From assembly GCA_051294375.1 (NCBI GenBank), contig CM119265.1, positions 27,446,219 through 27,510,218 on the forward strand: a DNA stretch of 64,000 bases, given 5' to 3'. Both the position numbers and the translations under genes were made by a program. Shown here piece by piece: positions 61,525 through 64,000 of the stretch (position 1 is its first letter; each line of letters begins with the position of its first letter). The notes beneath the pieces are model-generated. The model was given only the letters and a program-made list of their open reading frames with translations. It was not told the DNA's origin and did no database searches. Source of the stretch: Paraspadella gotoi (Eukaryota; Animalia; Chaetognatha).

Positions 61525-64000
61525 CTCAACGACTTTTCTCGCTTAAAAAGATATGAACTTTAAAAATAACGGAAACTCGATTTTTTTTCAATGTAAATGA
61601 CAAATAAACTTTATAACAATTACTGGCGCAAACGGTTTTTCTCTAACTGCATATAAAAATATAACAAAAAAACTTACCGATAAACGATCTCTTTATTACA
61701 CGTAAACTGTGATAAAACGTTAATACCAGTGGAGACCGATATTTCCAAGAGGATTAACAATCCTTTACAAACAAATGGAAAACCGCATTTTTTTCACATT
61801 AGAGTAAAAAGAAGATAAAGAAATTTCCTCCGTTCTAAAAAACACCGAAAACATATTTCAAGAAAAAGAGAATAAAAACGTTAAATACTTTCTGCAAATA
61901 AGAATCAGATTCGGGAGATGTATAAAAATTTGAGTCGTGCAGGACGTTATTTAAATATCTTTTTATCAAATTACAAACAGATCTTCCTATTCATTTTTAT
62001 CTCTTTATGTCTCCTTTCGTTCTCTCTCTCTCTTTCTATCTCATATATGACTAGCTTTCTCTCACTCTCAATAGGATAAAGGAAACGTTTAAATACACCA
62101 GAAACACTTTTTCTCTGTAGAAAGATATTGAAATTTAAATATAGCAGAAAAAACGTATCTCTCTTTCAATGATAAAGAAGAAAATAAAACTTTAAAAAAA
62201 AACGGCCAAACCGTTTTTTTCCATGTGAAAAGAGAGTTAAAAACACCGAATGAACGACTTTTCTAAGTAAAAGTTTCGACATAATAAATGTTAATACACC
62301 GGCGCAGCGACAATATTTCCATAGATAACAACTTAAAACAAGGAAAAAGCTTTTTCAATGTTTAAAAAATAAAAAATTTTCTTTAAGAACACCCGCGACA
62401 AACAAATATCTTCAAATGATAGAGAAAATAAAAACTTTAAATACTTCTGCGAATAACATCTCATGAGGTTGTTAAAATTGGGTGAGGACACATTTATTAA
62501 TTATCTTTTATCAAAACAAAAAATTTCCTCTCTTTATTTTTTATGTCTCCTTCTCTCTCTCTTTTCTTTTAATTTTATTGTTAGCCTTTCTCTCACTCTC
62601 AATTAGATAAAAACGTTAAAGATAACCAGAACGTACTTGTTTCTCTGTAAAAAGATAAATGAAAACTTTAAACATACACACTCAGAAAATCGCATTTTTC
62701 TCCATGATAAAAGAATGACAAAATTGTTTAACAACAAAACATACTCGTCAAACGTTTCTTGCCAATGTTAAAAAGAGTTAAAAACACCGATGCCTAAACG
62801 CAATTCTTTCTTATAAGTTAAATAGAAGTGAATAAAAACGCGCATTACAATACAACGGGGACTGAATTTCCAAAGACGAGTGAACAACTTTTAACTAAGA
62901 CGCAAACGGCTTTTTCCATGTAAAAGATTGATAAAAATTTTTGTGTGAAACACCACGGAAACGACTATTTCAAAGAAAAAAGAATAAAAACGTTACAATA
63001 CTTCTGCCAAAATTAACATCATCGAGTGTATGATACATATTGGAAGTGAGGGACGTTATTTTAAATATCTTGTTCTTACTAAAACAACCAATTTTCTCTT
63101 TTTATTGTTTATGTTCTGCCTGTCTCTCTCTCTTTTTCTCTTAATTTTATTGTATCCTTTTCTCTCCCTCTCAAAGATAAACAGTTAATACACCAGAAAA
63201 CGACTTTTTCTCTGTAACAGATATGAACTTTAGAATCACAGAAACGATTTTTCTTCAATGATAAAAGAATTTAACTTAAAAAAACCGGCAAACTTTTTTT
63301 CGATGTTGAGAAAACTATTAAATAAACATCCGATAAACGACTTTTCTTAAAGTAAAAAAGTTTTGATAAAAACGTTAAAACAGGTGGCAAGACGACAATT
63401 TCAGAAGGTATTGCTTAATAAACTTATTAAAAACAAAAGGAAACGCTTTTTCCAATGTTAAAAGAGATATAAAAGATTTCGTAAAACACTAGGAAAACGA
63501 TATTTTCAAAGAAAAAAAGAGAAATAAATGATCTTAAAAGATTAATATCTGCAAATCATCGATCTCTCTCAGAGGTTGTTAACGATTGAGCTTGTGAGGG
63601 TGCAGGATTCATCTAAGATATCGTCTTATTAAACAAACAAATTTCCTTTTTATTTTATGTCTCTCTCTCTTTCCTCTCTTTATTTTTATGTGTTAGCGTT
63701 TCTCTCACTCTCATAGATAAAACGTTAAATTACGCCAGAGAAACGACTTTTTCTCGCTAAAAAGATATGAAACTTTTAAAATACAAGAAACGATGTTTCA
63801 ATGTGAAAAAAAATAAAAACTTTAAAAAAATATACGCGCTAAACTTTTTTTTTCCGCAATGGTAAAACCATATATAAAAAACACACGCATAACGTACAAC
63901 TTTTTCTTAAAAGATATAAAAAGTTGCATTAAAGACGATTAAATACAGTGGCAGCGATATTTCAAAGAGAGATAACAATTTAAAAAGAAAAAAACGGCTT
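61525..64000 (+). repeat. ~540-bp satellite (about 4.5 units, runs off the window) built of ~45-50-bp diverged submonomers
   Basis: Landmark ctctc(a/c)ctctca at 62059, 62590, 63162 and 63702. Each unit has repeated aaaacgttaaa.cacc.g.aaacg.ctttt..atgt.aaa subunits plus a CT-rich block. Confidence 0.9.

Noticed and set aside
41-64000. Numerous long track ORFs rich in SL, ER, K, F or X
   Set aside because: They are translations of (CT/AG)n tracts, poly-purine tracts or N gaps, with no domain content or splice support.

Overview
Eukaryotic DNA, probably an invertebrate animal, from a low-quality gapped assembly. It is AT-rich, saturated with (AG/CT)n and other simple repeats, has many N gaps, and includes stretches that look like unpolished long reads. 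Almost all ORFs in the supplied track are low-complexity artefacts. Reading splice sites by hand gives two real, phase-consistent, minus-strand intron-containing genes that the ORF track does not assemble. (1) A divergent XK-related (XKR/CED-8 scramblase-like) membrane protein: exons 4750-4875, 3793-3976 and 1317-1432, with a possible first exon at 4940-5033. (2) The 3' end of a gene for an unnamed extracellular-type invertebrate domain (VRL.FYK.G...F.G.....WF ... C..EAGW.VV ... YP.I.YS ... W....IG.AD.L.I): exons 58097-58168, 56448-56580, 55404-55500 and 55158-55320. Mobile DNA includes a frameshifted BEL/Pao pol fragment, a hAT-like element with an 8-bp TSD, a Tc1/mariner MITE, two other TIR MITEs, two DINE-1/HINE-like Helentron derivatives, tRNA-derived SINEs and a dispersed element carrying degenerate TTAGGG-like arrays. 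About 10.9-31.9 kb is three overlapping copies of one ~8-kb segment. A 4.36-kb part recurs apparently base-for-base, including read-type errors, so it is most likely an assembly or gap-fill artefact. The right end is a ~540-bp higher-order satellite. I found no prokaryote-type system (no CRISPR, operon or rRNA) and no clearly new multi-component system; the best novelty candidates are the two divergent genes and several unusual repeat architectures.
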